DNA of 62,947 bases, filler included, from Choristocarpus tenellus KU-1152 (lineage: Eukaryota > Protista > Phaeophyceae): NCBI GenBank assembly GCA_964200185.2. It is 6 parts of 6 records of this genome, joined end to end, with 100 filler letters (N's around TTAATTAATTAA, not from the genome) between each part and the next. Parts side by side here need not be neighbours in the genome. Positions count along the whole stretch, not along the records: positions 40,006 to 49,963 come from CAXNAD020003245.1; positions 50,064 to 52,581 come from CAXNAD020027138.1; positions 52,682 to 56,508 come from CAXNAD020017701.1; positions 56,609 to 62,947 come from CAXNAD020008352.1; 2 more parts are not named here. One strand, 5' to 3'. Shown in pieces: positions 47,403 to 59,078 of the stretch. A program made the translations under genes and the position numbers. Position 1 is the stretch's first letter; each line of letters opens with the position of its first letter. The notes under the pieces are model-generated. The model did no database searches and was not told the DNA's origin. It saw only the letters and a list, made by a program, of their open reading frames with translations.

Positions 47403-49963
47403 ATGCCGAAGTATCACACGCACTCCACATCAAAATGGGAACAGGTAATTACGCTTGTGTGGGCGGGAAGTCAGGCTACAAAGCCACTACGAGGTGGGGG
47501 TGCTCTGTTGCTGGCTCCATGGGCAGAAAAAGTCCTTGACTCAACTGAGAAGCGTCTCCACCTCCCCTCACGCAAGCGGGCTTTGGCCATCCTCTGCTCC
47601 CTGCTCCTTTCAAGCACACTCTTCATATTTGCAGGTGCTATACTGTCGTCTGCCCTAGCCCTTGGCATGGTCGCTGTTCCCCCTCCTTCATCCGCTGGGT
47701 GCCTTCGGCCAGCATCCTCCCTGCTGCTGACAGGGCCTTTGATTGAAGTTGGGCTCAGCCATGTCGTCCCGAGGTTCAGACCTCGTAGTCTTGACAACTG
47801 TAAGCCCTGGGACCAACAAGAGCCTTCATACTATTCAAGAGAACGATTGAGTAAGATGGGAAGGAGGATGACTACTGTCGATCCTGAAGATGAACCCAAA
47901 GGAATTGTTCAAGATAATGTTGTTATCAGTGAAGACATTGCTGTTGCATTACTTAGAGCAGTGGGAGGTTCTCAAGGTGCTTCTCAAGTACTCACTGGTA
48001 GGGAGGAGACAGCTGTTCCGATGGAAGGATTAGGCGAGAGCCCAAGTGTGGTGCAGTCTGGGGTGAAGCAAGAACCTGTGAAGAAGAAGAAGCGGTCAAG
48101 CTGTATGAGCCCTCAGAAGTTTGCTGATATCAACCCTCCACCACAAAAGAACATACACGGGTGGAATGAACATCCTACATTCCTTCTGGGATTTTGGAAG
48201 GTTGGTGATGCTATACCTATTGTGGAAGAGAGTAATGTTGCATCAGCCAACCCGGCTGGTTTCCCTCTCAATAGTGATATTGTCCAAGATGGCCAAGCTG
48301 ACGCAATGGTGAAAGGCTCGAAACAACCTACAGCTGCTGCTATTGCACCTCAGGAGCCTACCCCTGTTGAGAGCTCTGATACTGCAGGGGTGGACTCACA
48401 CTGGAGGGGTCAAGAAATTGACCTGGGTTCAGATCTGGCGCATCACGTAGACTATGTGGTCTTGAAGCGGGATGGGACGATCAAGACTGGACCACCAGAG
48501 CTCGGTATTCTGCCAAGAGGGTGGCGGTTCACCCCTGCAAATAGAAGGATTGTGTTTGAGGTGGACGTGCCAGCAAGAGGTATCGCACTCAGGTAGGCTT
48601 TTCATGGCTGTGTGTGTGTGTATGTGTGTGTATTTTCCTTGCATGAATGTGCTTGTAGAATTTTGGAAGCACCAGCTGGACATGCAAACACAATGATCTT
48701 GCTAGTGCCTGTTTTTCCCACCCTTTTGTTCTACCCCACAAACAATACTCATGTTTATATTGGTCCTTTTTGGCCTTCAACTGCCGTAGTGTATTTTTGT
48801 TGGTTACATTAAGCCCTTGCGAATTGTCTGACTTGAATCACTAGCCTTAGCTCCATATGCTTCAAGGCCCCAAGGCCCAGATAATCTTTTCAGCAATGAA
48901 TGAAATCATGAGTGCAAGCAGCATATACATATATATATATATATATTTGGGAGCAGTCAGCGGAAGGGAAAGGGAGGGGGGGGGGAGGTGATGGTGTTCA
49001 TAATCCTATGAACAAAANNNNNNNNNNAAAAAAGAAAAAAATTAATATATATAAAAAGAAGGAGGGGGGGGGGGGGGGGAGGGGGGGGGGGGGGGGGGGG
49101 GGAGGTGATGGTGTTCATAATCCTATGAACAAAATTATGATGCACTGCCACGAAAAAATCAGAGAATGGCAGGATGTTGGAACGACAGATCTGCATAACA
49201 GGTACTTGATGTCCGTACATAGTGCACATCTTTGATACTTTCAGAGTAGTCACTAGCTCCTCTCCACCTCATACCACGCCCACGGACCAATCTCACTCTA
49301 ATTTTCCTACTCTGGTTGAACACCTTTGCAATTCTTCACACCGCCATTAGCCTCCCCCCTCACCTGTTGGTCACACTCATGTCAGGCAGGCATTATCATT
49401 AGTTGAGCCCCTGTCTGCTAAAGTTTGGACAGTAGCATGGCTGAAATCAGCACATCAAAACCCCAAAACTACTCCTCTCCACCACCCCCTTGCCTCCCCA
49501 CACGCACACCAAAACACCATCTCCTTAAGCCATGCCTTGTTGAGGCATATATACCATTCCTATCCAGATACCGCCCCCACACTTCACAATACACATTAGG
49601 ACTTACTTCTGACAGAATCATCTCCGCGTGGGTTTTGACTGATGACCTCAACGCACTCCTTTTCCCGTCAGGTACAGCTTCAAGTTGAAGCGTTTGGCGA
49701 GGAGATTCACTCGTGGTAGTGGAGTGGTACGGTCAAGGCCAATGACAGCAGTTGATGATGCAGGAGTGGGGGAGGGGCAGGGAAAGAAGGGATTGCGAAA
49801 GAGTATTCCATCTTCAGACTCAAGGTGGCCAAAACTGGCTGAGGTTACTATGGAGAAGAGCATGAGACAGAAGCACCTCCTCGAACCTAAGCAGGATGTT
49901 GTAGAGGTAGTCAGTCAAGAAGAGGGGGGGCTGGGAGAGACTGAGGAGGCAGGCCAGGGGGGG
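47403..49963 (+). CDS. Unknown protein, 3'-truncated; N-terminal hydrophobic segment
   Basis: Long ORF 47403-48592 ends at CTCAG|GTAGGC and joins in phase 2 to an exon at 49672 (after TTTCCCGTCAG) giving ...GIALRYSFKLKRLARRF...; runs to the contig end. Start codon uncertain. Confidence 0.65.
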
Positions 49964-50169
49964 NNNNNNNNNNNNNNNNNNNNNNNNNNNNNNNNNNNNN
50001 NNNNNNNTTAATTAATTAANNNNNNNNNNNNNNNNNNNNNNNNNNNNNNNNNNNNNNNNNNNNGAGGTCGTTGGATTTGAGTTGTACATCCTGGAAGGTG
50101 AGCATTGAGGGGCGCCTGTAACAAAAGTGCATGCTACTTTGCATTCTATGTTAGCAATATGTATCTCTG

Positions 50170-51180
50170 TTGCAGAGGATAACTAGGCATTGTTATGGCC
50201 TTTCGTACAGTTAGCCCACAACACAGCATTTAGTGCAAAGTTACATGAAAACCCGTTTTTCCTTCTATTTGGAAGACAAGCGCGTTTACCTGTTGATATT
50301 ATCCTTGATTCGTCTAATGCTGATTCAGTTGTAACTACTGAAGAGTTTTCTCAATAGACCAAAGATGATTTACAGCTTGTATTTGAGTTGGCACGTCGTA
50401 TTCTCCATGAACACGTTAAAAGTCAGGAGTGTGTCAACCAATGTCTCGTTTTCCCCGTTTTCATACCTGGATATCAAGTTCTAGTCCATCGGCCACATGA
50501 GAGTACTGATGGTCCGAATCCAAAGTTACTTCACCCTTGGAGGGGTCCGTAAAAATCAGGAGTGTGTCAACCAATGTCTCGTCTTCCCTGTTTTCATACC
50601 TGGATATCAAGTTCTAGTCCGTAAGCCACATGAGAGTACTGATGGTCCGAATCCGAAGTTACTTCGCCCTTGGAGGGGTCCGTAAAAATCAGGAGTGTAT
50701 CAACCAATGTCTCGTGTTCCCCGTTTTCATACCTGGACATCAAGTTCTAGTCTATAGGCCATATGAGAGTACTGATGGTCTGAATCCGAAGTTACTTCAA
50801 TCTTGGAGGGGTCCGTATGAAGTACATTCCAAGGTATCACCCACCATGTACAGGGTAGTATTACCTGGAAAGCGGCGTCCATTTTCCATTCATCTGGGTA
50901 TAGAATGAAGCGTTACTATCCTCAAGTCCAACCTCCCACACCAGACTTTAATGAACCGGATTATTTGCTTCTGGGAAAACCATTACCATTACCAGATTTA
51001 GATTATCAAACCTCTCAACCTGTTATGGGTCAATACAATACTGATGGCATTGTTGGACATAGACCTGGTCCTGGTCGTCGTTCGTCCACTAATGTTGTCT
51101 ATCGTCTTCGTCTTTGTGGCTATGGACCGTCTTGTGATCTTCACAAAAAGAATAGAATAGATCCTACAATGCTGTGAAAT
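50170..51180 (+). mobile_element. Ty3/Gypsy (chromovirus-like) integrase C-terminus and chromodomain relic
   Basis: LWPFVQLAHNTAF...NPFFLLFGRQARLPVDI; GPY/F motif PKLLQSWRGPYEV; chromodomain-like YNTDGIVGHR...YRLRLCGYGPSCD; stops and frameshifts. Confidence 0.8.
50417..50817 (+). repeat. 3 x 133-bp tandem repeat inside the Gypsy relic
   Basis: TCAGGAGTGT recurs at 50423, 50556 and 50689. Confidence 0.92.
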
Positions 51181-54100
51181 GAATGCAGCCTATCTATCGT
51201 GCAATAAATCGATTATATTGTATAATATATTTTGTCTAAGGGTATTGACAATTCTTTTTGTAGAGTTGGTTGATCTGATTTGTACTCACTGATTAATTAG
51301 ACCTTCTGAACAATCCCATATATATATATATATATATATAGTGATGTTTGTATTTTGTCTAGGGCACTGACGCATTGGATAACCAGTAAAATTCTCGTAC
51401 ACGCAATGTTGACTTGAGAATTCGTATTTACTGTTATCATACTCCTTTGGATAATCTATATATCATGCATTGCCGTAGTATTGTAACCTATCGTTTCAGC
51501 AAAGAGATTATTGTACATATGTGCAGTATAGATCCTTGCCAATAAATTTGTTGTTTAATTGTGCGTTTATGCTTTTATTTTTTATGACTTGTGTGTGTCT
51601 TGGCAGGATCTTCTGTAACCCACATAAAGCAATCCTGTACACAGGTTGACCATGTAGATACACATATCGTTCGTATGTCATTTTGTCATAGATGGGTATA
51701 GTCTATCGTTTTGTGAAGAGATGAGATAGCTGGTAACCGATGTCAGTTAACCTGTTCACGACCAGCTCTGACCTCACATCTCGTGTTTACGAGGTTTATC
51801 AATCCTTGCAAATAGACCATACATACATGGTCGTGGATTTAGATAAATCAATAATACAATTAATTCTATTTCTCAACTCTTCTAGGTCGCATGAGTGGAC
51901 AAATGGGGTGATGAAGAGACCGTATCACTGGGCGCATTACCACCTGTGAAAGGTGGCTATTCATTACATCATGTCACGTTTTTATGAAATGGATTTATTA
52001 ATCATCATGAAATGGCTAACTCCATTAAAAGTAAAAATTCAAGTAAGAGATGGAGACTTCAGGTGAGTCATACATTATATTCATCTTAATTTTTGAGTGG
52101 CATCACCCCCCCAACATGATGTAATGACCGTACATTCACCTCGTATCGTTTTAGGAAAGTTGAGCCACCAACATCGTACATCCGAGTTGTCCACTTAGAA
52201 TATTGTAGTTGTCTTGAGCAATATCCCAATCAATGTCAGAGTTGAGAAAGGGGAATGGGTGCACACATTTGATCTCGTCGTCTGCTGTGTTGATTTGGTC
52301 ATGTAACACGCAATGTTGTTTCCATGCATTGGAGTGGTGATCAAATAATCGTATAACACCCGTATAGCAATGTCAGATCACAAACGCTAGTTAAATTGTT
52401 TATTGACGTCGTATAGCGTTTGTTCCTTATATCCCCATTCTGAGTATCCTCTGTTTCATACTAGATATAGAGACCTATATGGGGTCAAAGTATCTGGGGG
52501 GGGGGGGGGGGGGGGGGGTGGCCAGGGGAAGCCGAAGGAGCAGCGGCCCCAATCCCCGCGACCCAGCAACCCCGTTTACCCNNNNNNNNNNNNNNNNNNN
52601 NNNNNNNNNNNNNNNNNNNNNNNNNTTAATTAATTAANNNNNNNNNNNNNNNNNNNNNNNNNNNNNNNNNNNNNNNNNNNNCCTCTTAAAGAGACCGTTT
52701 CTTTTGTGGTGGAAGGACAGTAGGGAGGGGGGGAGGGACAATGTAACGTAACATGGGCTGAAGTGAAGTGTAGATTATTTTCTAGGCCCAGGGGGGGAGG
52801 GGTTGGGGACTGTTGGAAGAGGATTTCATTATCTCATTTGGCTTTCTTCTTTTTCTGGGACTGGGACTACATGAGGAGGCCATGATAATACAAAGAGAGG
52901 TTGAGAAGGATGTGGAGATACGTTGCCCCCCATGTGTCCGTATGTCTTCTGATCTCCCCATTGTGACCTTGACTGAAGTTCCCCCCCCCCCCTCTATATT
53001 GTGGTCTATTATAGCTCTCCCTCTCTCTCTCTCTTGTTTTGGGGGGGAGGAGTGGGGCTGTTGTAGTACCATGGGAGGCGGTAAAGGTTCGCCTGTCTCT
53101 TACTAACCCCAGCGTACAGTGAAGTGGAGGTTTTTGCAGTGTATGTATGGCTTTTATGTACAGCGACAACACTGTTGAAAATGGGTCGATTTCAGTGTTT
53201 CACGTTTGGGGTGTTCAGTGGGCAGGCCTGCTGGGCCTACTTTCCTAGAATTTTCTGGCGTCTGCCCAAGTGAGAAACTGGGCGGTTGGCGGCGAGTGGT
53301 GTAACGCTGTGCAATTACCGTCAACGGTACAATAGATTCAACATATACCGTGTTGACAGTTACGTTCTGTGTCATACCATACTGGCGACTAAGCCAAAGA
53401 CCCCCCTGTTTTATAGAGAGGGGTCTGTTTTAGCTCATGCCCCTTTTGAGAAAATGGACCTCCGGAGTTGTCCTGTCTTCAGGGGGGGGTGGTGTAGTGT
53501 TTAAGTTGCTTGTGAGAGGGGGCGCCTGCCTTCTTGTTGATGGGGGTGATGTTGTGCTCTGCTTGTGAGAGAGGGTGCATTTTTTTCTTGTCTTTATTTC
53601 TGCAGTGTAGTCATAATCAGGGTTAGGGCAGTTGCGTTGCAGGCATGGGAAATGGTGTGTGAGGTGGAGAGTTTGTATGCCCGTGGGCTGTTGAAGTAGG
53701 GGAGGGCCTAAATAGACCCCTGTCTACGACAGAGCACCTTTTGGGAGGAGGGTGTGGTGGTTTTTTATATGGAAATGGTGTTGGTATGGTTTACGGTTTT
53801 GGTTGTTTGTTGGGTCCGTTCTTGACAATGAGGGAGGTGTGAAATTGCGTAGTGTGTGTGATGAGGACCTATTCATAATGTTGGGGGACTTTGAAAGTGT
53901 TTGTTGTCAAAATGGTTGGCGTAAGAGTGCCCCCCGAGAGTTGTCTGTTTAATTCTACGTTGTTTTGATGACAGCAATGAAGAACCGACCGATGAGAAGG
54001 GTTGTTTTTGATGTTAGAGTCCCCTTCCGATTGGCTAGGTCATTTCTTAAATTTAAAAGTCATGGGGGGGGGGGTCTTTTTTTTTTTTAAGGACCCAGTC

Positions 54101-54520
54101 TTTTGTTGCATACTGGGTTTTTTTTTTGCTGTGTACTGTACCACCATGTGGGATTTCCTTTTTTTATTTCCTGCAGCGGTTGGTTTTGATTGTGCATGAC
54201 TTCCGACAGTACGAACCGGGCTGGACGGGAGAGGATTCGCTGGCAACATATTTTAATTTATGCTCTCTTTTTTTTGTATGGCCTCTTGACCACAGGTGTG
54301 AAGAGGTTGAACTCCTACTGTAGTATACGTGAAAAGTGTGGTCATCTGAGAGGAGAGGAAAGCTTTTGAGAAATAGTCCCTTAAATAGTCTCTTTGGGAA
54401 AAACGCCACCGACCGTCTATTTCCTCCCCACACCAAAGTGGAGATTGCATCCGTCTGATACTGATTTTTTGTACTGAAAATGGGGTTATTGTATGGCTTA
54501 TATCTTCTGAGTTTTCCCCC

Positions 54521-54567
<47 letters not shown>

Positions 54568-54744
54568 CCCCCCCCCCCCCCCTTCCCTCTTTTTCCTCCC
54601 CTTTTTCTTTGTCTATCCATCTTNNNNNNNNNCCCGCCCCCCGGCCCCGACCCTCCCATTGGTACTCTGGATCCTCTTTTACATTGCATTTCACCCTTTT
54701 TTAACATTATGACAAACCTTTTTTTTTATGGTTTACATTCTCAG

Positions 54745-55881
54745 ACCCTCGTGTTATCAGCGGAACACTCTCCTGAGAGTGTGAGGGAGTTTAACCGCAT
54801 GAGGCGCACGCATCCAAGTTCTACCAACTCCCAAGTTCCTAGCCTGCTGGTGGTGTATGACTCTCCAACTAGCAACAAGGCGAAGTGTAACCCAGTGTTT
54901 GATGTGGATGTGGACGGGCAGCCTAAAGTAACGGGCAGGGGACGGTGAGTGGACGCATGCACGTGCGTCTGTCTTTTTGTGCCTTTCTTTTTTTTTGTTC
55001 TTGTTCTTGTTGTGAAATGAGAGGCATAAAAAAAAAAAAGTGGAGATGTGATTGGGCCCAGAAGTGGGGTAGTATGCGTCATCTCTAATGAGGGTTCATG
55101 AAATCAGGCACTCATACAAGAGCATTCCAATGAAGAGTAGGGTTTAGAAGTTGAAGTTGAAGGATCGGGGTTGTGGGCATTATTTTTTTTTCATATTGTT
55201 TTTGTTGTTGTATCGATGCATAGACACGCTTGTAGTGTGCCGATATGGTCCGCGGTGGTGTACCAGGTTCTGTCGAAGGGATGTGCATGGGTTCGAACCT
55301 GGGTGAAGTGATTTTTTTTTAGGGAAGTTGGGTTTGATGAATTGCATGGTGGGCGAAATGGAGAGGTGTACCTTTTCATGTGTACCCTTCCCATCTGTTG
55401 GCTAAAGCACACCAAGGGCATATATGGTGAACCAAAAAATGGCAGTGAGGCTTTGTTGCAGCCAGGTGATTATTGTCTGAGGTTTGAGAGGAGGTGGGGG
55501 GGTGGGGGGAGTGACAAGTTGTGGGATTGCTGAAGCCAACTCACGGGGAAAAATGGAAGGAGTGCGTGGTGTGCAGTGGTTTGTGTTGTTGTGCTAGAGC
55601 TGTTTTGTAGTTGATGAGAACTAGTGCAGTGTCTCTGACTACTGGCCAGGGATCACATAGGTAGCGTTGAGTGAGGTAGGCTCCTATCCTAGTCCCTCCA
55701 CAGTGTCCATGCATGAGTAACCCTCGCCCTACTCATCCGCCCACCCATGGCCTCGTTGTGTTCCCCAAGATACTACAAGAACGTGAGGAGAGAATGGGCA
55801 TCACTGGTGGCAACGCCTCCTAGGGCGAGGTTTCAAGATGCGTTGGCGTTTACTCGATCGATAGGCGACTTTCACCTGCAG
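54745..55881 (+). CDS. Internal exons of a PP2C/PPM-type protein phosphatase gene
   Basis: Exon 54745-54944 (TLVLSAEHSPESVREFNRMR...TGRG) joins in phase 2 to exon 55770-55881 (RYYKNVRREWASLVATP...DALAFTRSIGDFHLQ). These match the PP2C L(T/S)xDHxP...ExxR and LAxxRSxGD motifs. Confidence 0.75.
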
Positions 55882-56608
55882 GTACTAATTAGGGTTGGAG
55901 CAGGGGGGTGCGGCTTGCGCTGCCTGTGGGCTGTTGGTGCCATTGCCCCACACTATTTTTCTGTTTTCTATCGGTTGCTGTTTGGTATGGTATTGGAAGG
56001 CGAGTTTTTGGTTGTGTTAACTATGGGCGGAGGGGACAACTCGCTACATGGTTTAAAAAAAAAAAAAGAGTGTGCGTTTGAGTGTGTTGTTGTGTTAGGG
56101 TTCTTTCTGTAGTTGATTGAATTGTTATCTCCGCGGCTGTGTGCTTGCCCTCGGGGTAGACCTTTGTTGGATTGCAAAGAAGAATGTGTTTGAGATGGTT
56201 GATCGTGGTAGTGGCCAGGTAGTTAATCTTTTGATTAGGAGGGATGTATTAATTTCTTTGTACTTAGTTCTGCCATAGAATTTGATAATGGATTGAGTAT
56301 TCTAAATGGTTTGCGTTTGCATAGGCATTAGCTGATAGTTCTATAGCTGCAGATGGGCTATTGGCTAGTATTAGCTGCATAATTTTAGTAGATGGAAATG
56401 GATGTGGTGCTGTAGTAGGTGTGTTATTGTGTACGCTACTCCTTGCCCCCCCCCCCACCCCCCCCCCCCCCCCCCCCCCCCCCTTCTCCCCCCCCCCCCC
56501 CCCCTTTTNNNNNNNNNNNNNNNNNNNNNNNNNNNNNNNNNNNNNNNNNNNNTTAATTAATTAANNNNNNNNNNNNNNNNNNNNNNNNNNNNNNNNNNNN
56601 NNNNNNNN

Positions 56609-56677
56609 CAAAAATCGCGACATGAAAAAATTGACCCCAAATGGACAGCCGCCACCCCCTCCCAGATACTTTGAGAC
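56609..56677. mobile_element. MITE family B, partial at contig start
   Basis: Ends CCCCTCCCAGATACTTTGAGAC; another partial end at ~52482. Confidence 0.8.
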
Positions 56678-58801
56678 TACGTACTATATTGATACCAGTG
56701 AAAATGGAAAGCAAGGGGGGGGGATGACAGGTGCTGTTGAACCCTTGAAAATGAATTCATTTTAGGAGTTTCAAAGGGGTTATCTCCCATCTTCTGCCGA
56801 ATGTGTGGACTTATGTCCTCCAATACACGTGTACAAACTAGATAAGACATGTGGCCCCTAAAAACCCAGTGTCACTCCCTTTCTTAGTTTTATTGAATCT
56901 GTATTAGCGTACTAGGGAGTGTAACTGCAACTGTTGCGTTTTGAGGTTGGTAAAGAAAGGGTTCAAGGTGTGTGATGTTTGTACATTGTTACTTAGTCAG
57001 AACCCTCCCTCTACACTACCAACTCTTTTTTCTATAGCAACATATCGTATCACTACGCCCACCCCCTATGTCACTGCCCGTTTGTTACGAGTTGGACCAG
57101 GCAGGAGGGTGCTCATGGAAGAATGGCAAGGGGAGCAGGGGGGATACTCATTTCTTGTTTTGCCTTTCCGATACTTGCAAAACTACACAATTTTTCTTCA
57201 GCCACTACTCCTTTTCTCATCGTTTTATTTCACACACTCACATACATAACCCCCCCCCCCACTGTCTGAACCTTGGTCCCTCCTCTCACTGTTCTAGATC
57301 TGTCGGTCTACTATCAAAGTACAAGGAGCGTTTAACGTACAAAGAGCGTTTGGACCAGGACTCGTGCCGTATCGCCTTGCCACAAGAACCTCCATGGTCC
57401 CAAAGCGCCACCAACACGTTGGGTTCGCCTTGTTTCCGGCGGGCTAGTCGCAGGCAGTATGGGTTATCAACCCCCGTGAGGAGCAGTCACCGGAATGTCT
57501 GTTCGTCTCTATGTTCACCATGCTCACCATGTTCACCTCGGTGTTCAACTTGTTGTGCCTTACCAGTGGATGATAGCACAGGAGTGACATGATAGGTTTC
57601 TCCATTGTAATATTCAAGAAGAGATATTTTTTTATATGGCTTTTTTTTGTCTTGTTTAATCAAAGTTTCGTCCTCGGGCGATCAACCAATCAAATATTTT
57701 GCAAAAAAGGTGAACGGCAATTGTGAACAACAGAAGAAAAAAAACAAAAAGAAAAAAAATTGTGTCTACTTCACACACATGCGCACGCACACGCACACGC
57801 ACACAATACTCCGGGAAGTGTCAACTAAGTGCTCGTACATCACAACAAAAAAAATTAAGGTGAGGGGATGTCTGGCAGAGCTGGGTGACACGCTGGGGTA
57901 GACAAGCATCCAAAAAAGTATCTCTTCGTGACTATGAGCAGATGCAGACAAAAAACATGTGTTTGGAGTTGTACTAAGAGCATCAAATTGTTCCATTTAA
58001 TAGCAATCGACAAGCGTTAGATGGTAATACCAAAATGGAGGGTGTTTGGAAAGTCACATCAAGGAATGATTCCTTTTAACATCTCACACACGTGTAGAAG
58101 TAATACATACTCCCTGGAAGCATGCCTAGACTGTGTAGTGAGTGGTAAGATGTGTAACTGTTGTTAGACAATCCCCCCCCCCATGTCAACAAACTTTGAG
58201 CAGAATGTGGACATGCATATGCATGAGAGGGACACACCCTACTGAAATATTTATGCACAATTCTGATCAAATCACTTGGAGAAAAAAAGCATACACCAAC
58301 ACACATGCACATGCACATTAAAAATATATATTGCTGGTGCTCTTTTTCACATTTTGAAAATGGTAAATTTTTTTGTTTGGAATCGACTTCAACATTATTG
58401 ACTGGAGGGGAGGGGAGTGATGGATAAATAGTGTTGACGCTTTGCTTGGTAGGTAGTAGTAGCCGTCCAAGAGATCCACCAGATGAGGTGAATTACAAAC
58501 AAGAAACATAAATTACAACACATCGAATCGATGGAATTAGGTACATGCATCAAAAATACAGAAAAAATACGAAAAAATTATTACTACTCCTGTGCACAAG
58601 AGTCCTACCATCAAACTATAATGTCCTTATTAATACTAGTCGTAGTCAGAGGTCTAAAAATTGTACCAGTGGTAACAGAGTGGTGAGCAGTAGCAGCAGT
58701 ACTAGTAGTTGGTGCTAGTACTACCCCAATGTGTTGGTTTTGCCTGGTAATCCACTGGACTGTTCATTATGTTTCACCTATCTGTCACTATTTTTTGGAA
58801 A

Positions 58802-59078
58802 GAGTCCAAAGTAAGCTAGAGGTACCCAGGTTGGCATTTTAAGGATGATAAATTGGTGCAAAATTCGCCTTTTTTTCAAACACGTGTAGGAAATTGTCTT
58901 AATTCTGTCTACTAAGAGTCCCTAATAATAGAGAAATCAAAACACTCAAGTCAAACCTGGCACTCCATCCATAGAACAACCTATGAGTGAATAAAAAAAA
59001 TAATAATAATAAAATAAAAACTGACTTGAAATGCAAAACGGCCTAAGCCTGGGTTACCTCTTTTGCTTTCTCTTACTC
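58802..59078. mobile_element. Putative MITE family C (GAG...CTC termini, TSD AAA)
   Basis: Left GAGTCCAAAGTAAGCTAGAGGTACCCAGG; reverse complement of the right end GAGTAAGAGAAAGCAAAAGAGGTAACCCAGG; AAA on both flanks; single copy in the window. Confidence 0.55.

Noticed and set aside
54500-54660. Poly-Pro/poly-Gly ORFs from long C/G runs (also ~49065, ~52500, ~56450)
   Set aside because: Homopolymers next to gaps with unreliable length; likely sequencing or assembly artefacts.
57068-57592. 174-aa ORF or possible terminal exon
   Set aside because: No recognisable domain, no partner exon, and strand is ambiguous.
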